Shown here: positions 10,623 through 21,174 of the stretch, piece after piece
How positions within the stretch are numbered: the stretch's first letter is position 1
Layout: the number at the start of each line of letters is the position of its first letter
Origin: an uncultured Candidatus Saccharibacteria bacterium
GTDB lineage: Bacteria > Patescibacteriota > Minisyncoccia > UBA6257 > GWB1-50-10
Assembly: GCA_964365955.1 (NCBI GenBank)
Contig: CAYISA010000002.1
Location: 23,329-87,328, forward strand
Reading direction: 5' to 3'
DNA: 64,000 bases
Translations under genes and position numbers: made by a program
Notes under the pieces: generated by a model
The model's database searches: none
What the model was told of the DNA's origin: nothing
Seen by the model: the letters and a program-made list of their open reading frames with translations, nothing else

Positions 10623-11609
10623 TTAGAAGTTTGTTAATACCTTTGAGCCCTCAAAATCAAAACGGTATCGCATCTCTCTTAAACCTTCACGTGCCATTGT
10701 TTCGCGGAAATTCTTGTGACCGCCCGGAACGTAAAATATAAAGAATCCTCCGCCGCCGGCGCCGGAGATTTTTCCTCCTAAAGCACCGCTTTCCTTAGCA
10801 AGATCATACAACCGGTCAAATTCCGGATTCGTCATTTTTGAAGATATCTTCTTTTTGTGCTGCCAATGCGCATCAAAAAGCTTTCCCACTTCATCGATAT
10901 TCCCCTCTTCAACCGCCTCAAGAATCTCACACCCGATTTCCTTGATATAATGCATGCTCTCTACAACTTCCTTTTTCTCTTCGCTTACTCCGGAAGATTG
11001 TTCTTGCAAAATTTCATCGGCCTGCCGCGTAACTCCAGTAAAGAAAATTAGTATATTGCGATTCAGTTCATCCGCCACATCCATTGAAACGTTTGCTTTT
11101 CTTAAAGAAACATTTCCATCTTTTTTAATTTCTAAGACTGTGAATCCGCCAAAAGCCGCCATATAAGGATCTTGTTTGCCGATGGGTCGTTTTAAAACTT
11201 CTGCTTCGAGTTTAAAATCTTCTTCGGCTAAAGTTTGAAGAGAAATATACTCTCTTTTTAAAGTGTGGAGGGCGTGGAGAAGCCCCACAGTATAACAACT
11301 TGAGGAACCCAGACCCGTGCCGGCTGGTATATCGGCTAAAGAACTGATTTCTATATTTTTTTCAACGCCGGTCATTCGAAGCGCCTCGCGAACAAGGTCG
11401 TGTTGAATTTGATCCACTCTCTCAACTGTTTCCGATTTTGTGTATTTAAGCCGAATCAAATCGTCGGCTTTCGGTCGGTTAACATCAACAAACATGTATT
11501 TATCAAGGGCGGCTGCAAAAATAAAGCCGCCGTATTTTGAATAGTAGGAAGGCAGGTCGGTTCCTCCGCCGCCCAAAGTAATCCGAAATGGTGTTTGAGT
11601 GATTATCAT
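10623..11609 (-). CDS. hddA: GHMP kinase, heptose-7-phosphate kinase-like
   Basis: PFRITLGGGGTD, PAGTGLGSSS, GKQD, GAGGGGF. Confidence 0.85.
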   Translation of the reverse strand: MIITQTPFRITLGGGGTDLPSYYSKYGGFIFAAALDKYMFVDVNRPKADDLIRLKYTKSETVERVDQIQHDLVREALRMTGVEKNIEISSLADIPAGTGLGSSSCYTVGLLHALHTLKREYISLQTLAEEDFKLEAEVLKRPIGKQDPYMAAFGGFTVLEIKKDGNVSLRKANVSMDVADELNRNILIFFTGVTRQADEILQEQSSGVSEEKKEVVESMHYIKEIGCEILEAVEEGNIDEVGKLFDAHWQHKKKISSKMTNPEFDRLYDLAKESGALGGKISGAGGGGFFIFYVPGGHKNFRETMAREGLREMRYRFDFEGSKVLTNF

Positions 11610-11678
11610 CTTATTTACTTCTACTTAATAAGCTACAACGAAAACAACTAAATGTAAAATGGGGCGCGGTGGAAACAA

Positions 11679-12464
11679 CTATTTTCTGGCGTATACATAA
11701 GCAGTGGAACCGACTAACTTGGGTACTATTCTCCCATCCAAATCAACTAAAAATACCTCGAAGCCATTTTCTTTTAATGCTCTCTGAATTTTTAAATAAT
11801 CTACCCTATCACAATGTATCTCCATAGAAATGAGCTTGGTGATCTTCAAAAATTGATTATTGTATAAGAACAAGTTTTCTTCAGAACCGTCGACATCGAC
11901 CTTCAAAAAATCGATTTGTTCGATTTTCTCTTTTTTTATGATGTCATTAAGAGAGAGAGAGAGATTAGAATTTTCGGGATCATTGCTATCAAATCCTAGA
12001 GTATCTCCGACAAAACCATGCAGCAGTTGAATAGTCTCGAAACAACTATTGGTAGCAACATTTTTCTGGAATATTTTAGTACGGGGATAATTTGTTTCTA
12101 CGGCAATTACTTTTTCTGCTCCCAATTTAGCCGCAAGAATAGAAAAAGCCCCGAAACTAGCGCCTAAATCCAAAACAACGTTTCCCTCTTTTATTAAAAA
12201 TCCGGGTAATCGGCAGTATACGTTCCGAGCGTATATCTCATAAGCATAGCCAATCGTATCTTTCTCCGCAATTATTCTTTTGCCAAAAACACGAAAATTC
12301 CAAGCCGACTTATCCATTTCAGAAAATAACGAGGATAGGTTTTTACTTCTTAGTATTTTCGAAAATTGACGGATTAATATTTTCAGAAAACGTATAAAAT
12401 CCCCGAAGGTAAGGGCTAGGAAAAAATCAAAAGGAATTTTTATAGTTCTTAAAATTCTTTTCAT
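11679..12464 (-). CDS. FkbM-family methyltransferase
   Basis: VLDLGASFG, DFLKVDVDGSE, MEIH. Confidence 0.85.
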   Translation of the reverse strand: MKRILRTIKIPFDFFLALTFGDFIRFLKILIRQFSKILRSKNLSSLFSEMDKSAWNFRVFGKRIIAEKDTIGYAYEIYARNVYCRLPGFLIKEGNVVLDLGASFGAFSILAAKLGAEKVIAVETNYPRTKIFQKNVATNSCFETIQLLHGFVGDTLGFDSNDPENSNLSLSLNDIIKKEKIEQIDFLKVDVDGSEENLFLYNNQFLKITKLISMEIHCDRVDYLKIQRALKENGFEVFLVDLDGRIVPKLVGSTAYVYARK

Positions 12465-12496
12465 AAAATGATTGTAGATTGAGATTAAAACTGTCT

Positions 12497-13420
12497 CTAT
12501 ATCCTTCCCTTCTCCATCTCCCCTTTAATAAACTCAGCCATTGCGCGCAGTCCTTCTTCAAGATTTGTTTTGGGCTTCCAGCCCAGCGCTACGGCATCCG
12601 AAATATCGGCGAGTGTTTGTGTCGGAACGTCTCCGCTTAGCTGTGGTTTTATGATTGGCTCAATGTCGGATTGTAAAATATTTTTTATTGTATTTAAAAT
12701 ATCTACCACTGAATAAGACTTTCCGCTCCCCAATCTAAACATCCGATTATCTACACGGTCATCGGTAATGCACTGCAAGTGGAAATCATTGATGTCATCT
12801 ACATAAACAAAATCGCGTTTGTTATTTTCCGCTCCTTCATAAATCGTCGGTCGCTCACCCTTTAGTAGTTTTATTATAAAAGCGGACATAACAGGTGGAA
12901 TTAAACGCCGATAATCCTGGCGTGGGCCGTAGACGTTAAAATACCTAACGCCGACCATCGTTACACCAAAAGCCGCGTGGTAACCGTCGGCAATCATTGC
13001 GTCTGTTAATTTACTTATTGCATAGAATCCTTTCAAACGATCGTCGCCTTCTTCAACAGCCGAAGATTGAGCGTAAACAACCTTTCGCACTCCGGCTCTT
13101 TTTGCAGCTTCAAAAACATTCGTAGTTCCAACAACATTAATCTGCATTGTCTCGACGGGATCTTTTTGGCAATCAAGAAGCTGGTTTTTAGCAGCAAGAT
13201 GGAAGACGGCATCAACGCCCTCAAATAATGGATAAATGCTCTGCGAAGAAACATCAACCCTATGAAACTCTACTTCTTTGGGGACTTGATGGGCCGGTCC
13301 ATATGCTAGATTATCAAGGCCCAAAACTTTATAGCCCGCGGCCAGCAATCTATCAGCTAAATTACTGCCGATGAAACCGGCCACGCCCGTAATCAAGATT
13401 TTTCCTTTGCTGACAGCCAT
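12497..13420 (-). CDS. NAD-dependent epimerase/dehydratase
   Basis: GVAGFIGS, FHLAA, YAISK, RYFNVYGPRQ. Confidence 0.9.
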   Translation of the reverse strand: MAVSKGKILITGVAGFIGSNLADRLLAAGYKVLGLDNLAYGPAHQVPKEVEFHRVDVSSQSIYPLFEGVDAVFHLAAKNQLLDCQKDPVETMQINVVGTTNVFEAAKRAGVRKVVYAQSSAVEEGDDRLKGFYAISKLTDAMIADGYHAAFGVTMVGVRYFNVYGPRQDYRRLIPPVMSAFIIKLLKGERPTIYEGAENNKRDFVYVDDINDFHLQCITDDRVDNRMFRLGSGKSYSVVDILNTIKNILQSDIEPIIKPQLSGDVPTQTLADISDAVALGWKPKTNLEEGLRAMAEFIKGEMEKGRI

Positions 13421-13435
13421 ATAAGTTCTTTAATT

Positions 13436-14191
13436 CTAAATCTTTTCGGCAACAACACAAATAGAAAGATAGGGATAACCCAACAAATCACTAATAGGCT
13501 TGTCTAAAATCTGGAAAATCCGTAGGGGAAATGTTACAAACCATCCTAAATTATGGAACATGCGATCAAGGACTTTTGCAATCCGACATAAATACTGAGA
13601 AATAAAACCAGTTACATATTCCTCTTTGTTAACTTTGAAACCCGACGCAACTAATAGAGAGTTCATTTCTTTAAATGTGTAACCCCAACGAACGTGGTTT
13701 CCATCCTCAACTTCAGACACACCATCTCCTGGAAAATGCCTGTAATACTTGTAGGGAGTCGTTAAAAGAATATGACCGCCCGGTTTTAAGAACAAACAAA
13801 AATTTTTCAATAATTTTTTATCGTCCATAATATGCTCGATTGTTTCAAAACAGATAATCTCGTCGAAAAGTCCTAAGTCTTTAGCTAGCAAATCGAGTTG
13901 GTTTAGATTTGTATGGACAAATTTCACATTTTTCAATCCCAAAATATCCGCTCTCTCCACTGCTTCGTGATTATTCCTTTCGTCAAAAGAAATGCCGATT
14001 GCTTCCCCACCTCGTTTTGCAGCACAAAAAGTGAAAGCCCCGGAACCGCAGCCGGCATCAAGAACACGTAAATTCCCTGTCCCAAGATTACGTCTCAACC
14101 AAACTAGACGATCAAAGGCCGCTGGGTCGCTCCACAAAACTGCACTCTGATATCCACCAATTTTTAATATTAGTTTTTGAAGAGAGGACAT
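13436..14191 (-). CDS. class I SAM-dependent methyltransferase
   Basis: VLDAGCGSG, ETIEH, LKPGG. Confidence 0.9.
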   Translation of the reverse strand: MSSLQKLILKIGGYQSAVLWSDPAAFDRLVWLRRNLGTGNLRVLDAGCGSGAFTFCAAKRGGEAIGISFDERNNHEAVERADILGLKNVKFVHTNLNQLDLLAKDLGLFDEIICFETIEHIMDDKKLLKNFCLFLKPGGHILLTTPYKYYRHFPGDGVSEVEDGNHVRWGYTFKEMNSLLVASGFKVNKEEYVTGFISQYLCRIAKVLDRMFHNLGWFVTFPLRIFQILDKPISDLLGYPYLSICVVAEKI

Positions 14192-14192
14192 T

Positions 14193-15359
14193 TCATTGTT
14201 TTTTCGCTGCCATTATTTTTTCAAAAGCCGCAAATACCTTATCGCCATAATCGTCCCACGTTAATCCAGAAGTTACCCTCTGTTTAGCCGCTTGACCCAT
14301 AGCTACGACTGCCTGGGGATTTTTATAAAAAAATAAAATTTTTTCTTTAAGCGCTTCAACATCTTTTATGGGTATGATAAATCCCTCTTTCCCCTCTTCA
14401 ATAATGTCGGGCCCGCCGGTATTCGTCGAAGCAATGGCTGGCAAACCACAGGCCATCGCCTGCACCAAAACTGCCCCAAAGCCATCATCGAGCGAGGGGA
14501 AGGCAAACACTGATCCTTGGGAGTACAGTTTGTAAAGCTCCGCCTGGGGTTTGTGGCCAACCCATGTATAATGGCCTTCATATTTTTTAAAAATGGGTTT
14601 TATTTGCTCGGTCAAGCCGCCGACAAGGAACAGTTCCGAATTCGGCAGTTTAAGTTCTGTAAATGCCTGGATCAAATAGTGAACTCCTTTTCTAAGCGAC
14701 ATCCCGCCAGCAAAAATGACCCTGAAAATCTTGTCTTCCTTGGGAACTTGCCTAAAGGCGGAAAGGTCAACGCCGTATGGAATATGAATTATTCTCTCCT
14801 CCGGTATTCCGAAAGCTAGAAAACGATTTTTGATATAAAGGGACGGAACGCTTAAATAGTCAGTTTCCTTGTATTCCTGAATCGCCTTCTCGACCAATCT
14901 CGGAGAAGATAATTCATATGATTTTGTAGGCCAACCGACTAAGTCATACTCATCTTTAAGAAGTCTATTCTGTTCAAGCATGGGCGCGTTACCCACCTCG
15001 ATGATAGAAATTGCACCTTTTTTCTGGGCCTCTCTTAAGGAATGGAGTGAAAAAGAGGTCCAGCCCCAAAAAATGTCGGCCGGAGTTATTCTTTTTGCAG
15101 CCCCCTTATCAAAAGTTTCATGAATGAAATAATCTGGGCTCGTAACATTTTTTATAAAATTAGGAAGCTTCGACCACCCCCGCGTCAAAATTTCTTTAAT
15201 GATTACGGAATCTATCTTTGAACGCGGGATCCCATATTTGACTATCTCAAATTTGGGATACGATGTGATGAGCTTCTCCAAAGAATTTCTCTTTAGAAGT
15301 TGTTGGGCTAAATAAGTGGTGCTTGCCCCACGTCCCGCGATGCTTATGATAGTTTTCAT
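14193..15359 (-). CDS. GT4 glycosyltransferase
   Basis: PYGVD, RKGV, PSLDDGFG, AMACGLP. Confidence 0.9.
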   Translation of the reverse strand: MKTIISIAGRGASTTYLAQQLLKRNSLEKLITSYPKFEIVKYGIPRSKIDSVIIKEILTRGWSKLPNFIKNVTSPDYFIHETFDKGAAKRITPADIFWGWTSFSLHSLREAQKKGAISIIEVGNAPMLEQNRLLKDEYDLVGWPTKSYELSSPRLVEKAIQEYKETDYLSVPSLYIKNRFLAFGIPEERIIHIPYGVDLSAFRQVPKEDKIFRVIFAGGMSLRKGVHYLIQAFTELKLPNSELFLVGGLTEQIKPIFKKYEGHYTWVGHKPQAELYKLYSQGSVFAFPSLDDGFGAVLVQAMACGLPAIASTNTGGPDIIEEGKEGFIIPIKDVEALKEKILFFYKNPQAVVAMGQAAKQRVTSGLTWDDYGDKVFAAFEKIMAAKKQ

Positions 15360-15368
15360 ACGGATTGA

Positions 15369-16559
15369 TTATTTAACGCTTGATTCTAACGCTCGCAAGA
15401 TACCCGTAACGCAAGCACCATAGTTCCACTTTGAAATCAATTCTAGAGACTTCTTGCCCATGGCATTTATTTTCCCACGATCATTAACCAATAGTTCTAA
15501 GGAATTTTTTAGACGCTCGACATCACCACAGGGATAAATGAATCCGTTTGAGCCATCTTTTACAATGTCATAAACGGATGGCACAGCGTCGGAGACAATA
15601 ACCGGCAGGCCTGAACACATTGCCTCGTTTACAACCAATCCCCACGTTTCACCATCAGAGGGCAAAACAAAAATATCGCCCAATGCATAATATTTAGGCA
15701 TCATACCTTGAGAAATAAAGCCGGTAAAAACCGCATTTCGTATATGAAATTCTTGAACATACTCTGTGAGAGCTGACCTTAAGTCGCCATCGCCAACAAA
15801 GACTAAAGATGCCAAACCGTTTTTTAACTGTGAAAACGCTTTTAATAGATCTTCGGGTCTTTTCCTATGAATTAACTTGCCCATAAAGATCACCACCGGC
15901 AAATCAACTGGCAAATTAAGTTCTTTCTTGAGTTCGGTCTGGTGTGGTTTGTACTTACTGTTTTGATTAATAAAAAAATCATTATCCACGGAGTACGGGG
16001 TTAGAAAAATACGATCTGCGGGTACTCCATAGTACTTATAAAATTCTCCGCTCTTGCTACCTATGGACAAGCATGCCTTTGTCAACTTAAAAAGTGGTTT
16101 TAGCGCCATAAATTTTAAGGCCTTGGTCCAGAGCGATTGATTTGGCCGCACTAGAGTTTCTCCTCTAAATATAAGCGGGGTGCCTGTAATAAGGGCTCCA
16201 AAAAAACAAAACCAATCCGACAAGTGCGTGTAACCATGAACGATAATCGCATCGTAGCGATTCCGAAAAAGCTCTACTATAATTCCGGGATTGATAATTC
16301 CCAAAAAATTGGAGGAGGTTTTTTTAATCGCCCAATTATTAAGGAATTTATATCTGTATCCTTCTAAAAGCGGGATGTCCCACTTGATATTGACACCCGA
16401 TTCCAAATCATGGGTCTCCTTAACTCCAAAGTCCCAACCGTAATAAACCGTCAAATCAATTTTAGAGTGTCTGGCCAAACTTTTAAATAAGGGGCCGTTA
16501 TACTCACTGGGGTGAGAGGTAAAAAAAGCTAATTTTATTTTTTCGGATTGTTGAACCAT
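15369..16559 (-). CDS. GT4 glycosyltransferase
   Basis: WDIPLLEGY, GKLIHRKRP, ETWGLVVNEAMCSGLP. Confidence 0.9.
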   Translation of the reverse strand: MVQQSEKIKLAFFTSHPSEYNGPLFKSLARHSKIDLTVYYGWDFGVKETHDLESGVNIKWDIPLLEGYRYKFLNNWAIKKTSSNFLGIINPGIIVELFRNRYDAIIVHGYTHLSDWFCFFGALITGTPLIFRGETLVRPNQSLWTKALKFMALKPLFKLTKACLSIGSKSGEFYKYYGVPADRIFLTPYSVDNDFFINQNSKYKPHQTELKKELNLPVDLPVVIFMGKLIHRKRPEDLLKAFSQLKNGLASLVFVGDGDLRSALTEYVQEFHIRNAVFTGFISQGMMPKYYALGDIFVLPSDGETWGLVVNEAMCSGLPVIVSDAVPSVYDIVKDGSNGFIYPCGDVERLKNSLELLVNDRGKINAMGKKSLELISKWNYGACVTGILRALESSVK

Positions 16560-17696
16560 TTAAACCTTAAAATAGCCGTCGCGGTCCAAAAAATTTTCTT
16601 TAACAAACACTTGAGATTCTTTTAATTTTAGATCATCTTTCTTCGCAGATCTTCCAAGGAAACCAAAAAGGCGAGAAATGATTCTTGGAATCAAAAGGGA
16701 AGTTACAAGCACACGCTCAATAATAGAAAAATCTTTGAAATATTCAGAAATCACCTTGCGGTTTTCTTTTATATCAAAAAAAGATGGCCGCAATCCTGAT
16801 CTTAAGAAATAAATAAAAAACGTTGCTAAGGATTGCGCTCCTGTATAAATTTTCATTCTGCTGTAAAAGTTTGGATATTTGTATTTATAAATGGATTTAA
16901 AAAAGAGTAGGCCATAATACTCACTCTTCAAGACGTTGGATGCTGAAGAAAATTCAAGATTCTTAAACGTCAAATTGCTTGAATGCGTTATTTTCATAAT
17001 TATGAATGAATCGTCTGAAACGCAGTTTTTATATCTTGTCAAAATTTCCAGAAAAAATATAAAATCGGGAGCATAGGCCTTTTTTAGGGTGATCTCTCTC
17101 AATTCTTCAGGAAAATCTGGGCTATAACAACAATTTTTTAGAAAATAGTTTATGGCACTTAGCGCATCTTCTTTTCTAAACAAAGCGAAGAGACAAGAGG
17201 CGGATAAAAACCCTCGATAGGTTTGCTTTGCAATCCATTCGGCTGAATAAATCCCCGAGGGCACGCTGGCATCCATAATAAAATCAAATTTTTCCTTATC
17301 AATTTCGCGCAAGCTTATTACTCTTGGCATAACGGCAGATGAATCGGGGTAACGTAAAAAACTACGCACGCCCCTTTCAATAGAGTTCCGCGTAAGCCAA
17401 TCATCGGTCCCGAGCCAAATAACGAATTCTCCTTCCGCGAGTTCATACGCTCGCTTGAGACCCGGAATAATGCCAAGCTTCTCGGGATTTCTGAAATACC
17501 TTATCCGCTTGTCGTGTAAAGCATATTCCGCAATTATTCTCTGACTATCGTCGGTGCTGGCATCGTCTACAAGCACAACTTCAATGTTCTTATAAGTTTG
17601 ATTCAGAGAGCTTTCAAGAAATCTGTGAATATATTTCTCCGAATTTAAAAATGTTGCGCAAATACTAACTAATGGTTTTTTGTTATTGAATTTCAT
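16560..17696 (-). CDS. GT2 glycosyltransferase
   Basis: PLVSI, NQTYKNIEVVLVDDASTD, GTDD. Confidence 0.9.
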   Translation of the reverse strand: MKFNNKKPLVSICATFLNSEKYIHRFLESSLNQTYKNIEVVLVDDASTDDSQRIIAEYALHDKRIRYFRNPEKLGIIPGLKRAYELAEGEFVIWLGTDDWLTRNSIERGVRSFLRYPDSSAVMPRVISLREIDKEKFDFIMDASVPSGIYSAEWIAKQTYRGFLSASCLFALFRKEDALSAINYFLKNCCYSPDFPEELREITLKKAYAPDFIFFLEILTRYKNCVSDDSFIIMKITHSSNLTFKNLEFSSASNVLKSEYYGLLFFKSIYKYKYPNFYSRMKIYTGAQSLATFFIYFLRSGLRPSFFDIKENRKVISEYFKDFSIIERVLVTSLLIPRIISRLFGFLGRSAKKDDLKLKESQVFVKENFLDRDGYFKV

Positions 17697-18685
17697 TGGA
17701 TTTTCTTTTTTGCCAACACATACAGATTCACGCCTCTCAAAAAAACGAACTTGGATAAAAGAAAAAGAAACGGCAAAAGAATTATAACGGGCACCTGCAA
17801 TACAACGGTTTTTATAACGGCGGCTACTTTCAGGATTCTAAATTTTAACGTGTTTTTTTGTTGTTTTTCATGATTAGAAAATTGATCTTTCTTAACCTTG
17901 GCAACTGCGCCGGTGCTCGTTAAAAAACTCAAAAATCCCTGAATAAACTCGTAGTTCTGTCCGATAGTTTCCAGACGTTCCTCGGCGATTTCCATAATTT
18001 CAAAACCCTGGCTCATCAAAAATTTGGACAGGCTGTCTTTATTCCAGCGGGTTAAATGGTGCGGTGGATAATCCCAACCTTCGCGTCTTTTTCTGAGATT
18101 TATGGTTAAAAAAAATCTTCTGGAATTCGGAACGGCGATCGCAAGAACTCCCTTTGAATTAAGTATTCCTTTTATTTCTTTTATAGACAAGGCGGGATCC
18201 TCTAAATGTTCCAGAACATGAAACATTGACGCAACGTCAAAAACAACACCGGGGAAAAGACGCGGGATATCTGAAAGAGCTCCGACTTTCACATTATTAA
18301 ACCCGCAACTTCTTGCCTTCTCTATTGCCAACTCGTTAAAATCTACCCCGAACACATCAAAACCGCATCGTGATGCAACTTTCAAAAATTCTCCGGGTCC
18401 ACATCCTATATCAATAAGTCGGCCTCGTACATTGAATTTTTTAGAATCGGTTGCAAATTTTTGAAATTCCCACTTGTTTTCATCTCCGTATCCCTCACCG
18501 TCAGCTCCGTAATTAAATTCATAATATTCAGATGATCCGGCTTCGATTGAAACACAAAATTCCGCCCCGCAATCATCACAAAAATAAAACGAGTCGTCAT
18601 TGATCGCGCTGGCCGGTTTTACGGATTTAGAGTTACAGAGTGGGCACAAAATGTCTTGAGTGGGATTTTTAATTGAACTTTTCAT
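17693..18685 (-). CDS. SAM methyltransferase with N-terminal Cys motifs
   Basis: CPLC...CDDC, IDIGCGPG, FHVLEHL, AVPN, PPHHL. Confidence 0.9.
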   Translation of the reverse strand: MKSSIKNPTQDILCPLCNSKSVKPASAINDDSFYFCDDCGAEFCVSIEAGSSEYYEFNYGADGEGYGDENKWEFQKFATDSKKFNVRGRLIDIGCGPGEFLKVASRCGFDVFGVDFNELAIEKARSCGFNNVKVGALSDIPRLFPGVVFDVASMFHVLEHLEDPALSIKEIKGILNSKGVLAIAVPNSRRFFLTINLRKRREGWDYPPHHLTRWNKDSLSKFLMSQGFEIMEIAEERLETIGQNYEFIQGFLSFLTSTGAVAKVKKDQFSNHEKQQKNTLKFRILKVAAVIKTVVLQVPVIILLPFLFLLSKFVFLRGVNLYVLAKKKIQ

Positions 18686-18782
18686 CCTTTAGCTTATTAA
18701 GAACAGTATCATTTCGGCCTCTGCCGCGCAATAAAAAGCCATCCTTCACACACAAAAAATGCTGTGTTAAACTAGCCCGTAT

Positions 18783-20132
18783 ATGGGGAACTCCCAAAAG
18801 ACGGTGGCAATTTTTGGCCTTGGATATGTTGGACTTCCACTCGCAGTAGTGCTCGCAGAAAAAGGATTTAATGTTCTTGGAATCGACACAAATCCCGAAA
18901 TTCGCGATACGATCATGGAAGGAACGCCCCATTTCTTTGAAACGGGGCTGGAGCCACTTCTTAAAAAATGCATTGGAAAAAATTTTGAAGTTCGCGCATC
19001 CATTGAAAAAGGAGATGCGTCCGTGTTCATCATCACGGTTGGAACGCCCCTTAGCGAAGGAGAAAGGGTTCCGGATCTCACTGCAATAAAAATGGTGAGT
19101 CGGTCGGTTGGTAGAACCCTGAAGCGTGGGGATTTAGTAATTCTACGATCAACCGTTCCAATCGGAGTAACACGTAGGGTTACCCTCCCCATACTGGAGC
19201 AGGAATCCCAAATGAACGCGGGAGGGGACTTTTTTCTTGCATTTGCACCAGAACGAGTTATCGAAGGCGCAGCACTTGAAGAGTTGGTCAAGCTTCCGCA
19301 AGTCGTTGGCGGAGTAAACGAAGAAAGCACAGTCCGTGCACGCGATTTTTTCCAAACCTTCGTTGAAAAAACAATCGTAGTGCGCTCTCTTGAAACCGCC
19401 GAGATTATTAAATTAGCAAATAATGCCTACCGTGATACGATATTTGGTTTTGCAAATGAGTTTTCACGTCTCTGCGGTGCATTCAATATCGACCCACAAG
19501 AGGTGGTCAATGCTGCAAACGCAAATTATCCCCGCGGACACATCCCCTCCCCTAGTCCGGGTGTAGGGGGATATTGTTTAACAAAAGATCCTTACATTTT
19601 AATGAGCTCTGCGGAGTCACGTGGAATTTCCATGTCGATCATTCACGCGGGCCGCAAAAGCAATGAGGTGATGGTACCTTATATTCTAAAAAAAGTTCAA
19701 GATTTTTTTGAGAATATCCGCAAAAAAGATATCCGCAAAGAAAAAATTGCGCTTTTGGGTATGGCGTTTAAGGGGTGGCCAGAAACATCCGACATCCGCT
19801 TCTCACCAAGCATTGATATGGCAAAACTACTTAGAAAGCAGGGAGCGGAAGTGTGGGGACATGATTTTGCGGTTCCCGCAGAAACACTAACGCCGCACGG
19901 AATCAAATTCGCGCTCAGCATAGAAAAAGCGGTACGCGAAGCAAGTTGTATAATACTCATGACCAATCATCCACGTTACCAGGATAAAAGCTGGCTCCCA
20001 TGTCTTGAAGCTTTAAATACTCCGGCCCTTTTTTTCGATCCATGGAGGCTGTGGGATGAAAAAATCATTACAAGCTATCCCCAAGTCTACTACACGAATC
20101 TTGGGTATAGCTCGTTTTACAAATCTCGTTAA
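18783..20132 (+). CDS. nucleotide-sugar dehydrogenase (WecC/WbpA family)
   Basis: GLGYVGLP, RSTVP, PERV, GVGGYCLTKDP, GMAFK. Confidence 0.92.
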   Translation: MGNSQKTVAIFGLGYVGLPLAVVLAEKGFNVLGIDTNPEIRDTIMEGTPHFFETGLEPLLKKCIGKNFEVRASIEKGDASVFIITVGTPLSEGERVPDLTAIKMVSRSVGRTLKRGDLVILRSTVPIGVTRRVTLPILEQESQMNAGGDFFLAFAPERVIEGAALEELVKLPQVVGGVNEESTVRARDFFQTFVEKTIVVRSLETAEIIKLANNAYRDTIFGFANEFSRLCGAFNIDPQEVVNAANANYPRGHIPSPSPGVGGYCLTKDPYILMSSAESRGISMSIIHAGRKSNEVMVPYILKKVQDFFENIRKKDIRKEKIALLGMAFKGWPETSDIRFSPSIDMAKLLRKQGAEVWGHDFAVPAETLTPHGIKFALSIEKAVREASCIILMTNHPRYQDKSWLPCLEALNTPALFFDPWRLWDEKIITSYPQVYYTNLGYSSFYKSR

Positions 20133-20144
20133 CCGTCTCATCTC

Positions 20145-21143
20145 CTAAATTTTCCGTGCGTTTCGTATCCAAGCGGCGGTTTTTAATATTCCTTCCTTTA
20201 GCCCGATTTTCGGCGCCCAACCAATGAGATGCTCAATTTTTGATGGATCCATTTCGCGCTGAATGGCGGTATTAAAATCGGTCTTATCGACAATATATTT
20301 TAATTCCTTCCTGACACCAAGTAGTTCCCAAATCAAACGAGCCAGATCAATAATCTTGGTTACATCCTTTGATCCAATGTTAAAATCGCTATTGATCACG
20401 CGAGGATTTTCTTTTAGCGCTTCTTCAATAATCATGGTTGTTGCTTCTACGGCGTCGTCCACGTAAGTAAATGGCCTCGTTGCTTCAACTTCGCCTAAAA
20501 GTTCAAGGGGGTACTGACCGCTAATAATTTTTTTAATGAGCGCTGGGATAACGTGAATATCAGCCAGCGTCGAACCTTTTGAATCCTCGCCAGGACCATA
20601 GACGTTGTGATATCGGATAACGACATATTGCAAACCATATTGTTTTTGGAACGCCGTGCAGAAGTATTCACCGCCGAGTTTTGAAAAACCATAAATATTT
20701 GTTGGTGGCTTTATAAGAGGCAAATCACTTTCCTTATAGGGATAGTGTTCTGCTCCTTGAAAAACCATAGAGCTCGAGGAGTATATGATCGTTTTGACCC
20801 CAGCCTCAACTGCCGTAGGATAAACAACGGAATCAATCGCCATATTATTCGCCATAATTTCAGCCTGATGATCGCGCATGTAACCAATGGGGCCAATGTC
20901 AGCAGCAAGGTGAACAACGAGATGAATTCCTTTGAGTGACTTTTTCGCACAAGATTTTTCCCTTAAGTCACACGTCAGTATTTCCACTGCGCTCGGCAAT
21001 TCAACCATAACTTTTTTATGCTCCTCTGGCGTTGCAATATCAACGACACGAACATCGTGCCCAGCTTCACTTAGTGCTTTTGCTACCCGACTTCCGATGT
21101 AGCCACAGCCGCCCGTCACAAGAATTTTTTTGCCTTGCATCAT
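20145..21143 (-). CDS. NAD-dependent epimerase/dehydratase
   Basis: TGGCGYIG, HLAA, SSSMV, YGFSK, RYHNVYGP. Confidence 0.9.
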   Translation of the reverse strand: MMQGKKILVTGGCGYIGSRVAKALSEAGHDVRVVDIATPEEHKKVMVELPSAVEILTCDLREKSCAKKSLKGIHLVVHLAADIGPIGYMRDHQAEIMANNMAIDSVVYPTAVEAGVKTIIYSSSSMVFQGAEHYPYKESDLPLIKPPTNIYGFSKLGGEYFCTAFQKQYGLQYVVIRYHNVYGPGEDSKGSTLADIHVIPALIKKIISGQYPLELLGEVEATRPFTYVDDAVEATTMIIEEALKENPRVINSDFNIGSKDVTKIIDLARLIWELLGVRKELKYIVDKTDFNTAIQREMDPSKIEHLIGWAPKIGLKEGILKTAAWIRNARKI

Positions 21144-21174
21144 TAGAAGGGTTTTTTATTAATCCTGGAAATAT

